Positions 30,136 through 40,743 of a stretch of DNA of 64,000 bases are shown one piece after another. Below the pieces are notes generated by a model that was not told the DNA's origin, did not search any database, and saw only the letters and a program-made list of their open reading frames with translations. Made by a program: the position numbers and the translations under genes. The stretch is taken from the NCBI GenBank assembly GCA_963662615.2, contig CAXXSR010000001.1, positions 1,943,984 through 2,007,983 of the forward strand. The letters run 5' to 3'. This DNA is from Dehalococcoidia bacterium. Its GTDB lineage: Bacteria > Chloroflexota > Dehalococcoidia > Bin125. Numbering within the stretch: position 1 is the stretch's first letter; every line of letters starts with the position of its first letter.

Positions 30136-31059
30136 ATGACCGATTCCTCAGAATCAGACGCACCCATCAAGCAGCTCTCCCAGGCGCTGGAACACGCGGT
30201 CAAGCGCGCGGCCACGTCCACGGTGCTGGTCAACGCGCGGCGCCGGATGCCCGCGAGCGGAATCGTCTGGTCCGGCGACGGCCTGGTTCTGGCGGCGGCG
30301 CACACGCTGGAGCGCGATGACGAGATCACGGTGGGGCTCCCCGACGACCGGGAAGTGCCGGCGACGCTGGTGGGGCGTGATGCCGGATCGGACCTCGCGG
30401 TGCTTCGCATGAACGGGGGAACGGCTGAACCTGTTGAGCGTGCCGATTCCGACTCAGCCGCCATCGGCCACCTGGTCCTTGCCGTCGCCCGACCGGCTCC
30501 CGGCGGGCCCATGGCGTCCATGGGCGTCATCAGCGCCCGAGGGGGCGCGTGGCGCACCCGCGCAGGCGCCGCGGTGGGGGGGTTCCTGCGTGCCGACCTG
30601 ACGCTCTACCCGGGGTTCTCCGGCGGCCCACTCGTGGATCAGTCAGGACGCACGCTCGGGATGAACACCTCGCACTTCGCGCGCGGCGGCGGCTTCGCGA
30701 TCCCCATCGCCGCGGCTCAGCCCATTGTGGAGGCCCTGATCTCGCACGGCCGCGTCCGCCGCGCTTTTCTCGGCGCCTCGAGCCAACCCACGCAATTGCC
30801 GAACGCGCTCGCAGCGAAGGTTGGAGGCCAGCGCGACGGGTTGCTCGTCACCGCCGTCGAAGAAGGGAGCCCCGCCGACGGCGCCGGTCTGCTCATCGGC
30901 GATGTGCTCGTGGCAATGGGGGGCAATCCGATTCGCGACACAGATGACCTTCTCACCGCCCTGGCACCGGAACGGATTGGGGCACTCACCAAGTTGACCG
31001 TGCTGCGCGGTGGAGATCCCACGGAATTGACGGTCCAGCTTGGAGCGCGTCCATCGTGA
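30136..31059 (+). CDS. HtrA/S1C-like serine protease with PDZ domain, no signal peptide
   Basis: AAAH, SDLAVL, PGFSGGP triad motifs; PDZ (VEEGSPADGAGLLIGDVL). AGGAGAGG RBS. Confidence 0.88.
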   Translation: MTDSSESDAPIKQLSQALEHAVKRAATSTVLVNARRRMPASGIVWSGDGLVLAAAHTLERDDEITVGLPDDREVPATLVGRDAGSDLAVLRMNGGTAEPVERADSDSAAIGHLVLAVARPAPGGPMASMGVISARGGAWRTRAGAAVGGFLRADLTLYPGFSGGPLVDQSGRTLGMNTSHFARGGGFAIPIAAAQPIVEALISHGRVRRAFLGASSQPTQLPNALAAKVGGQRDGLLVTAVEEGSPADGAGLLIGDVLVAMGGNPIRDTDDLLTALAPERIGALTKLTVLRGGDPTELTVQLGARPS

Positions 31060-31697
31060 CGAGCGAGGTGATCGCGGTGCAGCCGGCCGGTGCCCTGCCT
31101 TTGCCCGTAGCCACGCTCGATGCCTCCCTGGCTGCCGTGGCCGGCCGGCTCCAGCGAGCGGTCGTGGTGGTTCAGAGCCGCTCTGGGAGCGGCGCCGGCA
31201 CCGTCTGGCGAGGCGATGGGCTGATCGTGACGAATAGCCACGTCGTGCCGGGCCCTGGCACGGTCGTCACAACGTGGGACGGCCGCGCCTTGCCGGCGGT
31301 AGTCATCGCCCGTGATGACCATTCCGATCTCGCCCTTCTTCAGGCGGAAGCCAGCGACCTGCCGATGGTTCCTCTACGCCCCAGCGATCAAGCGAGAGTC
31401 GGTGAGATCGTGGTGGCTATCGGTCATCCTTGGGGTACAGCGCGCGCCATGAGCCTCGGCATCGTCCTCGCCGCGCCGGACTCGCGGCCCGCGAACGGGC
31501 TCTCGCTCGGCGGCGCCATCCTGGCCGATATCGTATTGGGCCCTGGAAACTCCGGAGGCCCGTTGGCGGACGCTGGCGGGTACGTCATTGGCATCAATAC
31601 GCTGGTGGTGGACGGGATGGCTGTCGCTGTCCCGAGTAACCGGGTAGAGGAGTTCGTGGGCCGGCGCGGCCCGGCCGGGAGCTGCGACTCGGCCTGA
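31056..31697 (+). CDS. Trypsin-like S1C serine protease without PDZ
   Basis: VTNSHV, SDLALL, AIGHPWG, PGNSGGP, VIGINT. GTGA overlap with the upstream gene. Confidence 0.88.
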   Translation: MTSEVIAVQPAGALPLPVATLDASLAAVAGRLQRAVVVVQSRSGSGAGTVWRGDGLIVTNSHVVPGPGTVVTTWDGRALPAVVIARDDHSDLALLQAEASDLPMVPLRPSDQARVGEIVVAIGHPWGTARAMSLGIVLAAPDSRPANGLSLGGAILADIVLGPGNSGGPLADAGGYVIGINTLVVDGMAVAVPSNRVEEFVGRRGPAGSCDSA

Positions 31698-31726
31698 ACG
31701 GCCGCAGGCGTGAACGGACGGAGCCC

Positions 31727-32368
31727 ATGACGTTCCCGTCAATCCGCGTGGTGGTCGCGGCCGCCTCCCCGTCCGCGCGGGCAGGGCTCCGACGCCTGCT
31801 CGCTGACCTTGAGGACGTGGAGATCATCGGCGACGTCGATCCCCGCCTGCCCGAAGGGGACGCCCTCATTGTGCAGGCCGATGTGGTCGTGCTGGAGGTG
31901 GACGGGGACGAGGCGGTAAGCAGCGGGGAGCTGCTGGAGTGGTTGGGCGGCGCTCGCGCCGTCGTCCTCGGCGCCGGCGTGAAGATGGCGGACCAGCTCG
32001 CGAGCGCCGGGCAGGAATTCGCGCTTCTTCCCATCCACACCCATCCCCGCGAACTCGCCGCAGCGATTCGGGCCGTGCGGGAAGGGCTGGTGGTCTATGA
32101 TCCCGCGCTCTCCGGCGTGCGGTCGTTCACCCGATCACTGAACGGAGATGCCGGCCCGCTGGAGACTGGTGACGCTCTGTCCGAACGGGAGCGCGAAGTG
32201 TTGCGGTTGCTTGCCGAAGGGCTGACGAACAAACGGATCGCGCAGCGCCTCGGCATCAGTGAACACACGGCGAAATTTCACGTGAGCGCGATCCTCAGCA
32301 AACTGGGCGCGGAGAGCCGCACAGAGGCCGTCGCCATCGCGACGCGGCGCGGGTTGGTCGCGCTCTAG
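31727..32368 (+). CDS. NarL/LuxR-family regulator with a degenerate receiver domain
   Basis: LSEREREVLRLLAEGLTNKRIAQRLGISEHTAKFHV HTH. The receiver lacks the acidic pair and the phospho-Asp. Confidence 0.88.
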   Translation: MTFPSIRVVVAAASPSARAGLRRLLADLEDVEIIGDVDPRLPEGDALIVQADVVVLEVDGDEAVSSGELLEWLGGARAVVLGAGVKMADQLASAGQEFALLPIHTHPRELAAAIRAVREGLVVYDPALSGVRSFTRSLNGDAGPLETGDALSEREREVLRLLAEGLTNKRIAQRLGISEHTAKFHVSAILSKLGAESRTEAVAIATRRGLVAL

Positions 32369-32532
32369 TCGATGCTGACAGCGCCGGCGGCGCGAAGAGG
32401 CAGGGCGGAGCCTCTTGCTCTGCAACGCCTCGCGGCGCGAGACTGTGGCAATCGGGCCGCGCCGTATCGACTTCGGAGGGGCGCGCCGCCCCATCCCACG
32501 ACCCCGATCTGGAAGGGACAAAAGGGTTAGCC

Positions 32533-33714
32533 GTGAAGATCGCGAACGTCCGCCACTACCTCGTGCACCCATCCGCCGACGCCGCCAAACGCCCGGACCG
32601 TTATACCGCCGAGAAGAACCTCCTGTTCGTGCGGGTGGAGACAGAGGACGGACTGCATGGCTGGGGCGAGTGCTACACGCAGGCGGATCGCGACACCCAG
32701 ATCGCGGCGCACGTGGAGCAGCTGAAGCGGTACGTCGTCGGCCGCGATGCCTCGCACATCAAGCACTTCACCACCTCCGCCTATGACGACTTCATAGGGC
32801 GGCGTGGCGCGATGGATTACTACAGCGCTGTGAGCGGGATCGAGCAGGCGCTGTGGGACATCGCCGGCAAGCGGTTGGGAGCGCCGGTGCATGCGCTCTT
32901 GGGCGGCGCCTGCCGCGATCGCCTGCGTGTGTACGCCAACGGCTGGGCGCGGTCACGAAGCCACGAGGAGCTGGCCGAGCGCGCGCGGGAGATGGTGGCC
33001 CGGGGCTTTACCGCGATGAAGTTCGATCCCGTGCCGGGTCCCTGGCGGACATACATCAGCAGGGAGCAGGAGCGGGAAGCGATTGAGCGGGTGCGAGTGG
33101 TGCGTGAGGCCGTAGGCCCGGACATCGACGTGCTTGTGGAGATGCATCGCCGGCTCGCGCCAATGCACGCGGTACGCATTGCGGAGGGGATCGCGCCCTA
33201 TGCGCCGTTCTGGTACGAGGAGCCGGTCCTGGCAGAGAACGTGGACGCGCTGGCGTCCGTCCGCCGCGCGATATCGCTGCCCGTCGTCACCGGCGAGGAG
33301 CTCTACACAAAGTTTGAGTTCCGCGAAGTGTTCGAAAAGCAGGCAGCGGACATCATCAACCCGGACGTCTGCAACGTGGGCGGCATCCTGGAGCTGAAGG
33401 AGATCGCCGCCATGGCCGAACCGTATTTCGTCGCCGTGGCGCCGCACAACTACAACAGCACGACGGTGGGGCTGGCCGCGACCCTGCACGTGTCGGCCGC
33501 CATCCCGAACTTTCTGATCACGGAGTACTTCGTGAACTTGGAGGCCTGGGGGCGGGAGGTCGCCGACCCGCCCTTTGAGGTGGTCGACGGGTACATCGCC
33601 CTGCCGGACACGCCCGGCCTTGGCATCGACCTCGACGAAAGCGCGCTCGCCCGCTTCCCCTACGAGCCGTTCCCCGCCCGCCCGATTCGCGAGCCGCACG
33701 ACGAAGGGCCGTAA
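32533..33714 (+). CDS. Mandelate racemase/enolase-superfamily dehydratase (galactonate dehydratase-like)
   Basis: GLHGWGE, IEQALWDIAGK, WYEEP, TGEE, APHN, TPGLGI. Confidence 0.88.
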   Translation: MKIANVRHYLVHPSADAAKRPDRYTAEKNLLFVRVETEDGLHGWGECYTQADRDTQIAAHVEQLKRYVVGRDASHIKHFTTSAYDDFIGRRGAMDYYSAVSGIEQALWDIAGKRLGAPVHALLGGACRDRLRVYANGWARSRSHEELAERAREMVARGFTAMKFDPVPGPWRTYISREQEREAIERVRVVREAVGPDIDVLVEMHRRLAPMHAVRIAEGIAPYAPFWYEEPVLAENVDALASVRRAISLPVVTGEELYTKFEFREVFEKQAADIINPDVCNVGGILELKEIAAMAEPYFVAVAPHNYNSTTVGLAATLHVSAAIPNFLITEYFVNLEAWGREVADPPFEVVDGYIALPDTPGLGIDLDESALARFPYEPFPARPIREPHDEGP

Positions 33715-33834
33715 GACGGCAGGCGAACCCGCTATGGACGAATGGTCGAACGGCCGAAGTGCGCGGCACCTGGATCGGAGCATCTGCCGCCCCGTCCGTG
33801 GCCCGCCGCCATTCGCGTGGGGATGTCCGTGCGC

Positions 33835-34100
33835 TCAACCTTTGACGACGCCGATGGGACGCATCCGCGCCACGGCGCGGGCGATGCCGGCCTGCTCCAG
33901 CACCCCCACCACTTCCGCCACGTCCTTGTAGGCCTCGCTCGCCTCCTCCGCCAGGGCGGCACGGTTCTGGCAGCGGACCATGATTCCCTTTGCCTCCAGG
34001 CGCTTGACGAGATCGACGCCTCGCAGCATGCGCTTGGCCGCGTGCCGACTCTGCACGCGGCCGGCGCCGTGACAGGCCGATCCGATCTCGGTGCGGAATG
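33835..34100 (-). pseudogene. rtcB: C-terminal fragment of the RtcB RNA ligase
   Basis: GSACHGAGR...SR...EEASEAYKDV...V...MRPIGVVKG. Only ~85 aa present. Confidence 0.8.
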
Positions 34101-34178
34101 CACCTAGCTCGGCGATCATGACCTTGATGCCGAGCGGCGCGAATCTCGAACGAGACTGTCAGACCCGCGCTGCGTAGG

Positions 34179-34225
34179 ATTCTATGTCGGACGGATCTGT
34201 TCGACATGAGTCGGGTTGAACGCCG
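34179..34225. repeat. Palindromic repeat family copy
   Basis: ATTCTATGTCGGACGGATCTGTTCGACATGAGT followed by CGGGTTGAACGCCG. Confidence 0.75.
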
Positions 34226-34458
34226 TCCGGGGGCAGAGCAGGGGCGTATGGCGGCGCGCCGGGCTATACAAGCGCCCCCTGATCAGCTATACAGAAGGCC
34301 GATTTTTCGGCGCTGCGATCAGATGGTGGCTGGGGTGCGGCACCGGCCGGGAAGCCTTGCGAACTCCGGTCGGGTGTCTGTAGGCGACCGGGCAGTGAGG
34401 GCAGGCGGCACGCGCAGCGCTCGGCGCGGTCCGCAGCAGACTGACGAAGGAGAGACGA

Positions 34459-35850
34459 ATGCTTGAACTTGCGATCTTCCAGACCGGGCCGACGGACCTG
34501 CCCAGCGTCGCCGCGGAAGGGATCCGCGTGAACTTGGGCACGTTGGCCGAGACGCACGAGAGCTTCCAGCGGGGGCTGGTGGACCAGATCCGCCAGGGCA
34601 TCCTGGCCGAGGAGCTGGGCTTCAACTACTGTTTCCCAACGGAGCACCACTTCCAACCCGAGGGCGTGGAGTTCAGCCCCAATCCGCTGTTCACGGGGAT
34701 GGCGATCGCGGCCCGAACCAAGCGCATCCGCCTGGGGCAGATGGCCAACATCCTCTCCTGGCACCACCCCATCCGGCTGGCGGAGCAGGCGGCCGCGCTG
34801 GACATCTTCAGCGGCGGCCGTTTGGACTTCGGGGTCGGCCGCGGCTATCAGTCGCGCGAGACGGAGACCTTAGGCGGGCCGCTGGGCACCACGGTTCAAG
34901 ACCAGGAGCGCAACCGCGCCTTCTTTGATGAGGCGTTTCAGATCGTCCTCAAGGCCTGGACGGAGCCGTCCTTCTCCCACCAGGGCGAGTTCTTCAGCCT
35001 GCCGCCTACCTACACCAAGTGGAACCACAGCCAGACGATGGCCTACTTCAACCAGCCCCAGGTGGAGCGCAACGTGGACGACGTGCTCAACGTGGGGCCG
35101 CCGGACATGTACTCCATGGGCGCGCCGGTCTACGCTAGCACCACCACGCTGAAGGAGATCAGCGTCTACCCGCAACCGCTGCAGAAGCCGCACCCGCAGA
35201 TCTGGCAGCCCGTGACCAGCCCTCGCTCCATTGACTGGGCGGCGGCCAAAGGGGTGAACTGCTTCACGATCCCGGAGCCCAATTCGCGGCTGAAAGTCAA
35301 CGTCGATCGCTACTACGAGCAGCTCGACAAGCACGGCTGGCCCGACCGCCTGAACCGCAAGGGGCCGTTCAAGTTCGGCTGGGACTCGGAAGTGCGCCGC
35401 GGCTTCACACCGGCGCGGTTCATCCACGTCCTCCCCCGCGGGAAGGAGAAGGAGGACCTGCAACGGTACAAGGAAGGCCTTGAGAACACCTGGCAGTTCT
35501 TTGCGCCCTTTGGCTTCGGCTCCATCCTCGCCGACGCGGACGAGCCGCCCTTCCCGCCCGACATGAAGATCACCGCCGACCTCACGATCGAGAAGGAGGT
35601 GGTGATCGTCGGCACGGCCGACGAGGTCGTGGAGAAGATCCTCAAGGTCAAGGAGACCGTGGGCTACGACGACTTCCTCTTCACCGGTGAGTTCGAGATG
35701 GGCGGATTCAGTGGTCAGGAGACCGAGGAACAGATGCGGATGTTCGCCGCCGACTGCGTCCCCCAGCTGGCGAAGGCCTGCGGCGGCCTCAAAGTGAACC
35801 CGGAGGTCGCCCCGGACCTGGAAGTCTCGAAGGCGATCGCAGTTTCGTAA
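34459..35850 (+). CDS. LLM-class (luciferase-like) flavin-dependent oxidoreductase
   Basis: AEELGF...TEHHF, RTKRIRLG, HPIRLAEQ, SGGRLDFGVGRGY, PQPLQKPHPQIW. Confidence 0.92.
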   Translation: MLELAIFQTGPTDLPSVAAEGIRVNLGTLAETHESFQRGLVDQIRQGILAEELGFNYCFPTEHHFQPEGVEFSPNPLFTGMAIAARTKRIRLGQMANILSWHHPIRLAEQAAALDIFSGGRLDFGVGRGYQSRETETLGGPLGTTVQDQERNRAFFDEAFQIVLKAWTEPSFSHQGEFFSLPPTYTKWNHSQTMAYFNQPQVERNVDDVLNVGPPDMYSMGAPVYASTTTLKEISVYPQPLQKPHPQIWQPVTSPRSIDWAAAKGVNCFTIPEPNSRLKVNVDRYYEQLDKHGWPDRLNRKGPFKFGWDSEVRRGFTPARFIHVLPRGKEKEDLQRYKEGLENTWQFFAPFGFGSILADADEPPFPPDMKITADLTIEKEVVIVGTADEVVEKILKVKETVGYDDFLFTGEFEMGGFSGQETEEQMRMFAADCVPQLAKACGGLKVNPEVAPDLEVSKAIAVS

Positions 35851-35974
35851 CCAGAACGGCGGATGGGCGGAGTCGCCGCCGCCGCAGCGAGAGCGGAGTC
35901 GCGTAATCGCACAATTGTCGTCATGACCATGGCCGGCGTGCTGGATTGCGTCGGCTGGGCGCCGAGCGGGCGGC

Positions 35975-36298
35975 TTCAAGTCGGACTCTATCTCGGAGAG
36001 ATCTGTCCAAAATAGAGTCGGATTGAACGACCGAGATCGTTCCGAGATAGAAATCGGCGCGGAGGTTCTATCTGCCGGCTCCGGCGCCGCTGTGTCGGAC
36101 AGACCTGTTCGACATTGAGCCTGCCCCGGTTTCCGCTCGCTCTCTCGGACGGCCTTCAATGGAACTCTCTGTTGGACAGACCTGTCCAATATCGAGTCGG
36201 GTTGAACGCCGGGTTGACCGCGTCCAGAATCTCGAGCACCGTCCGGCGGCGGATCCGACGCCCAACTCTATGCCGGATAGATGTGTCCGAGATAGCGT
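35975..36298. repeat. Cluster of ~5 palindromic repeat copies
   Basis: Copies at 35975-36027, ~36033-36055 (half), 36090-36119, 36155-36206 and 36265-36298. Core consensus ACTCTATNTCGGACAGATCTGTCCGANATAGAGT. Confidence 0.85.
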
Positions 36299-36469
36299 CG
36301 GATCGGCGCAGCGGAGAACCAGACTGCCCCGTCATTGACGTGCAGGCCACCGACCCCGAGGGCGAGACGGAGGGCGGCGGCGGGGCCGCCGGGCCAGCGT
36401 ACCGATGATGGGCCCGCGACGGAGGGCCGTGCTATCGCGTCACGGGAGGTCCCGGAGAGGATTGGGCAA

Positions 36470-37699
36470 CTGAGCGACGCTCACGCGGGGGTCAGCGTCG
36501 GGCGCAGGCGATTCGTCGTTGTACTCGCCCTCTCGACCCTCCTGGCGATGAGTGCCTGGTTCTCGACGGGCGCCGTCGGCCCGGCCCTCACGGCCGAGCG
36601 CGGCTACACCAGCGCCGACCTGATCTGGATGGCGGTCGCCGTGCAAGCGGGGTTCGTCATCGGTACGCTGACAGTGGCGCTGCTCTGCCTTCCCGATGTC
36701 TGGCGCCCCCAGCGGGTCTACTTCTTCGGTGCTCTCGGCGCAGGGATTGCGGCGCTGAGCTTGCTGCCCGACCAGACCGCTGGCGTGGCGATCGCGACGC
36801 GCGTGGCGCTGGGGTTCTCGCTGGCCGCCGTCTACCCGGTGGGGATGAAGCTGCTGGCCGGCTGGTACCGACGTGGGCGCGGCCTCATCCTCGGCGTCAT
36901 GATCGGCGCCCTGGCGATGGGCAGCGGCCTGCCGCATCTCTTCGGCTCGATCTTCGACCCGGACTGGGAGCCCGCCATCGCGGGGGCGGGGATCGCGACG
37001 CTCGTTAGCGGGATCCTCGTCCTGGCGTTCGTCCGCGAGGGACCGTTCATGGCGCCCCGCGCGCCTTTCCGACCGCGCTTCGCCCTCGACGTGATTCGTC
37101 AGCGCCCGACAGCGCTCGCCCTGAGCGGCTACCTGGGCCACATGTGGGAACTCTACGCGATGTGGACCTGGACGCCGGTCTTCCTCCTCGAGATTGTCGG
37201 CGAACGCGACTTCCTCACCGGAACGTTCAGTCTCGCGGGCGTGCTCGCGTTCCTGGTTTTCGCGGTTGGGGCCGCCGGATGTGTGCTGGCGGGGGTGGCG
37301 TCAGAGCGCTGGGGCCGCACGAGGACCGCGTCGGCCGCGATGATCATGAGCGGCAGCATCGCCGCGTTCGTCGGCTTCCTGCCGGCGGGCGCGGACGAGC
37401 TGATCGTTGTCTTGGTGTTGATCTGGGGCTTCTCGGTCATCGCCGATTCGGCGGAGTTCTCGACAGCGATGTCGGAGCTGGCCGACCAGCGCTACATCGG
37501 CTCAGCGCTGAGCCTGCAGACGGCACTGGGTTTCGCGCTCACGATCGTTTCGATCCGCACGCTCCCGATCGTGGAAGATGCAGCGGGTTGGGGGGTCGCC
37601 TTTGCGATGCTGGCCGCTGGTCCGGCGCTGGGTACGGTGGCGATGCTGCGGCTCCGTTCCCTCCCTGAGGCGGTGCGGATGGCGGACGGGCGCCGCTAG
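36470..37699 (+). CDS. MFS transporter
   Basis: About 12 hydrophobic segments; AVYPVGMK, YLGHMWELYAMW, IADSAEFS. Start uncertain. Confidence 0.88.
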   Translation: MSDAHAGVSVGRRRFVVVLALSTLLAMSAWFSTGAVGPALTAERGYTSADLIWMAVAVQAGFVIGTLTVALLCLPDVWRPQRVYFFGALGAGIAALSLLPDQTAGVAIATRVALGFSLAAVYPVGMKLLAGWYRRGRGLILGVMIGALAMGSGLPHLFGSIFDPDWEPAIAGAGIATLVSGILVLAFVREGPFMAPRAPFRPRFALDVIRQRPTALALSGYLGHMWELYAMWTWTPVFLLEIVGERDFLTGTFSLAGVLAFLVFAVGAAGCVLAGVASERWGRTRTASAAMIMSGSIAAFVGFLPAGADELIVVLVLIWGFSVIADSAEFSTAMSELADQRYIGSALSLQTALGFALTIVSIRTLPIVEDAAGWGVAFAMLAAGPALGTVAMLRLRSLPEAVRMADGRR

Positions 37700-37843
37700 G
37701 CGCCGCGGGGCAGGGGGCATTGAGAAGCGACTGGTCGGCTCTCAAGATTGGAGTCCGGGACGATCGGATTGGGAAGCAGGGGGTTCACGTCCGCCCCATT
37801 GTCGTACTGCCGCTAACCCCAGGCAGGCTAGGATTCTCGCATC

Positions 37844-38415
37844 GTGGGCGATGAGACGTCGGCGACCATTCGCGTACGTGACGGCAGACAGCTCGGCTAC
37901 GCCGAGTACGGCAATCCACGCGGCGCGCCGGTGATGCACTTTCACGGCCATCCTGGGTCGCGACTGGAGGCGGCACTGCTCGAGAGGGCTGCTCAGGAAG
38001 TGAGGGTGCGAGTCATCGGCGTGGACCGGCCCGGCATGGGGCTTTCGACGCCCTTGGCGAAGCGGCGCTTGCTGGACTGGCCGGACGACGTCGTCGATCT
38101 CGCCGATGCCTTGGGGCTGGAGCGATTTGCGGTCGAGGGAATCTCGGGCGGCGGGCCCTACGCGATCGCGTGCGCAGCAGCGATCCCGGAGCGTCTGACG
38201 TCATGCGGCATTGGGGCCGGGGTCGGCCCGGTGGCCGACTTCGGAACCGCTGGGATGATGAGGGCGAATCGCATCCCGTTCTTCATCGCCCGTCGGTTGC
38301 CTGGGGTGCTGCGGCCGACCTTCTGGCTCGTGCTCGGTCGGCACCGCGCCGCGGCCGACGACGAGGTGAAGCTCGACGCCCTCGCCACGCAGCTCGTCGG
38401 GAGCTTCCCGGCGGT
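37844..38415 (+). pseudogene. Alpha/beta hydrolase, C-terminally truncated
   Basis: DGRQLGYAEYG, FHGHPGSR, DRPGMGLS, GISGGG. Similarity ends ~38415, where it abuts a CHRD fragment. Confidence 0.75.
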
Positions 38416-38725
38416 CGAATGCCACGACCCCGCCGTTTTCGTCGGGGCCGCCAAGATGGATATGGGCTTGGGTGATGCCGGGAACGCTCACCGTGAGGTT
38501 GAACCGGATCTCGGTGCCGCCCTCCTCGCCCTCTCCCGTGAAGGCGCCGGTGCCATCGCTGGCGACCGGCGGCACGACCTGGTCTCCGGTGAGCTCGGCG
38601 TGGGGGAAGATTTCGTCGCCCAGCGGGGCCTGGGGCCCGAGCGGCGATGCCGCGAATGCCGCCGCGGCACCGAGCAGGATTACGACCGAGAGGGAGCTGG
38701 CAGTGAGGCGGGTCCAGCGCTGACG
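38415..38725 (-). pseudogene. Secreted CHRD-domain protein fragment
   Basis: Signal-like LSVVILLGAAAAFAA, then AELTGDQVVPPVASDGTG...ITQAHIHLGGPDENGGVVAF. Start and C-terminus missing. Confidence 0.7.
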
Positions 38726-38727
38726 CG

Positions 38728-38919
38728 GAACGCTTGCGTACTTCCATCCGGGAAGGTGAATTGCGCGTGGGCGTCTGTGAGGTGGCTGCCGAGGCTGGCT
38801 GGGTGCCCGTGCATTACTGACTTCTCGCGCGGGCCGTACTTGATCCTGAGCACGCCCACCTGGTCATTCTCAAACTCGACTGCGTAGTGATCGGGATCCA
38901 CAACTACGGGATCATCCAT
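38728..38919 (-). pseudogene. Cupin-family protein, N-terminal fragment
   Basis: MDDPVVVDPDHYAVEFENDQVGVLRIKYGPREKSVMHGHP...FTFPDG. AAGGAG RBS. Confidence 0.7.
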
Positions 38920-39224
38920 GGTCGTCTCCTTGGCCGCACACCGGGTGCACACATCGAATCAGGGGCGAAGTAGAGGGAGAACTGCCAAATCTCCAAAGGG
39001 TGCAGAACCCCAGCGAACCGGCACGAGGCGCTCGCGCCCTCAACGAAGGGGCGGCGGATGGGGTAGCACCGGGGGGGCGCGGGCGGGAAGCGGGCCCGCG
39101 GCTGTAGTGTTGATGGGGCCCCTCACGCGCGCCACTGATTATCGCGAAGCGAGCCCGCTGTCCCCCAGCTTGACGAGCCCATGGCGCACGCCTAGTCTCC
39201 CACCCAGGAATTCGGAGGGACGAG

Positions 39225-39848
39225 ATGGCCTGGCGGCTAGAAGGCACCTTCCTCGAGAACTGCAACTGCGACATGGTCTGTCCCTGCACGACATCGGCAG
39301 GGTCCATCCCGGGGGACTACGACCGCTGCCTTGTGTTCCAGGCGTTTCACGTCGCCGATGGGGAGATCGAAGGGGTGGACGTGAGCGGCAACACGGTCTT
39401 GATCCTCCGTGATACGCCGCCGCTCATGTCGGAGGGGAACTGGCGGGTCGGACTGATCATCGATGGCGACGCTTCCCAGGAGCAGGCCGACGCCTTGCAG
39501 CGCGTGTTCAGCGGGCAGGCCGGCGGGCTCTTTGCCTCCATGCAACCACTGGTGGGCGAGGATCTGGGAGTGGAGCGCGCGCCGATCGCCTACGCCGATG
39601 ACGGGCGCCTCCACCGTGTCCGCGTGGACGACAACATCGATATCGATATCGAGATCGAGGACTTCGTGCCGCGCCGCCGAGGGCAGCCCGAAACCCGCGA
39701 GGTCTCGAAGTTGACCGGCCTGTTGCATCGGGTCAACTCGACGCTGACGATTGCGCGTGCCCAACGGGCCCGCGTGAAGGCGTTCGGGATGGAGTGGGAC
39801 AACACGGGCAAGAACGGGCACTCAGCGCCCTTTTCCTGGAGCGTGTGA
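39225..39848 (+). CDS. DUF1326-domain (Cys-rich, metal-binding) protein
   Basis: WRLEGTFLENCNCDMVCPC...C...GVDVSG...IIDGDASQEQADAL...FSG...GKNGHSAPFSW. Confidence 0.8.
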   Translation: MAWRLEGTFLENCNCDMVCPCTTSAGSIPGDYDRCLVFQAFHVADGEIEGVDVSGNTVLILRDTPPLMSEGNWRVGLIIDGDASQEQADALQRVFSGQAGGLFASMQPLVGEDLGVERAPIAYADDGRLHRVRVDDNIDIDIEIEDFVPRRRGQPETREVSKLTGLLHRVNSTLTIARAQRARVKAFGMEWDNTGKNGHSAPFSWSV

Positions 39849-40177
39849 GCGCCATGGACCGCACACAGGAGAACCTGCCAGCGGGGTGGGGTGTCGCGGC
39901 ACTACACGAGGACCTCCAATCCGCGCTCCGAGGCAGCGGCATCAGGGTCCGCGTTGAGGACCCCACAGGTCGCGCAGAAGCGTCCCTGGCCTCGTTGGGA
40001 GCCGCACCGGTCCCGTCCCCCATAGCTCCGTAAATGGCTCCTTCTGCCGACATATCTCTAACAGCCTGCGGATCGGTGGCCGTGGTCGTCACAGTCTACG
40101 CTCGGATTCGTCAATCGGGTCGGCGAGTGCTTCTGCCCTGATTCGCGGCGGCTCTTGATGTCCTCGGTCCAAGTCCA

Positions 40178-40743
40178 ACTCTATCTCGGACAGATCGATC
40201 CGACGTACAGCTGAGCCTGCCCATCTGCGGGTGTGCAGAACTATCCGATATCGAATCGAGCACAGTCTCAGGCCCTCAGATGGGGAACTCAATCTTGGAC
40301 AGTGCTGTACTGCTCCCGACCGGATGCCGGACAGTACTGTTCGGCATTCAATTCGGCGATACATGGCCAAGAGCGCCGGCATGATCTCTACACCCAAGCA
40401 GTCCGGGAAACCGCCGGATTCCAATTCGGAGCGTGGATGTCCTCCTCCGGCTGCAGAGGCGAACTCTATGTCGGACAGATCTCTCCGAAAGAAAGTTCAA
40501 TTCAACGTAGTCCGACGTGCGCCGGGTCGCGGCACTGAAGCCGGCAATGATCAACCGGCCTTCGCAAGGACCAGTCTGGACCGGACCGACCGCATAGAGT
40601 TCCGCATTGCCCATCCACAGGGTTGGGCACATCATGCCGAGTCACTCCGGGGTGTCGAACGATGTGCACAGCGGCCCAGATCGACGGGTTCACCGCCGCC
40701 CGCCAAATCTCGGACTCTATCTCGGGAAGGTCTGTCCGGGCAT
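40178..40743. repeat. Cluster of ~5 palindromic repeat copies
   Basis: Copies at 40178-40211, 40285-40354 (two halves), 40461-40498 and 40714-40743. Confidence 0.75.

Noticed and set aside
37844-38887. Full-length 347-aa alpha/beta hydrolase
   Set aside because: The C-terminal half is antisense to CHRD and cupin fragments and lacks the catalytic Asp/His region.
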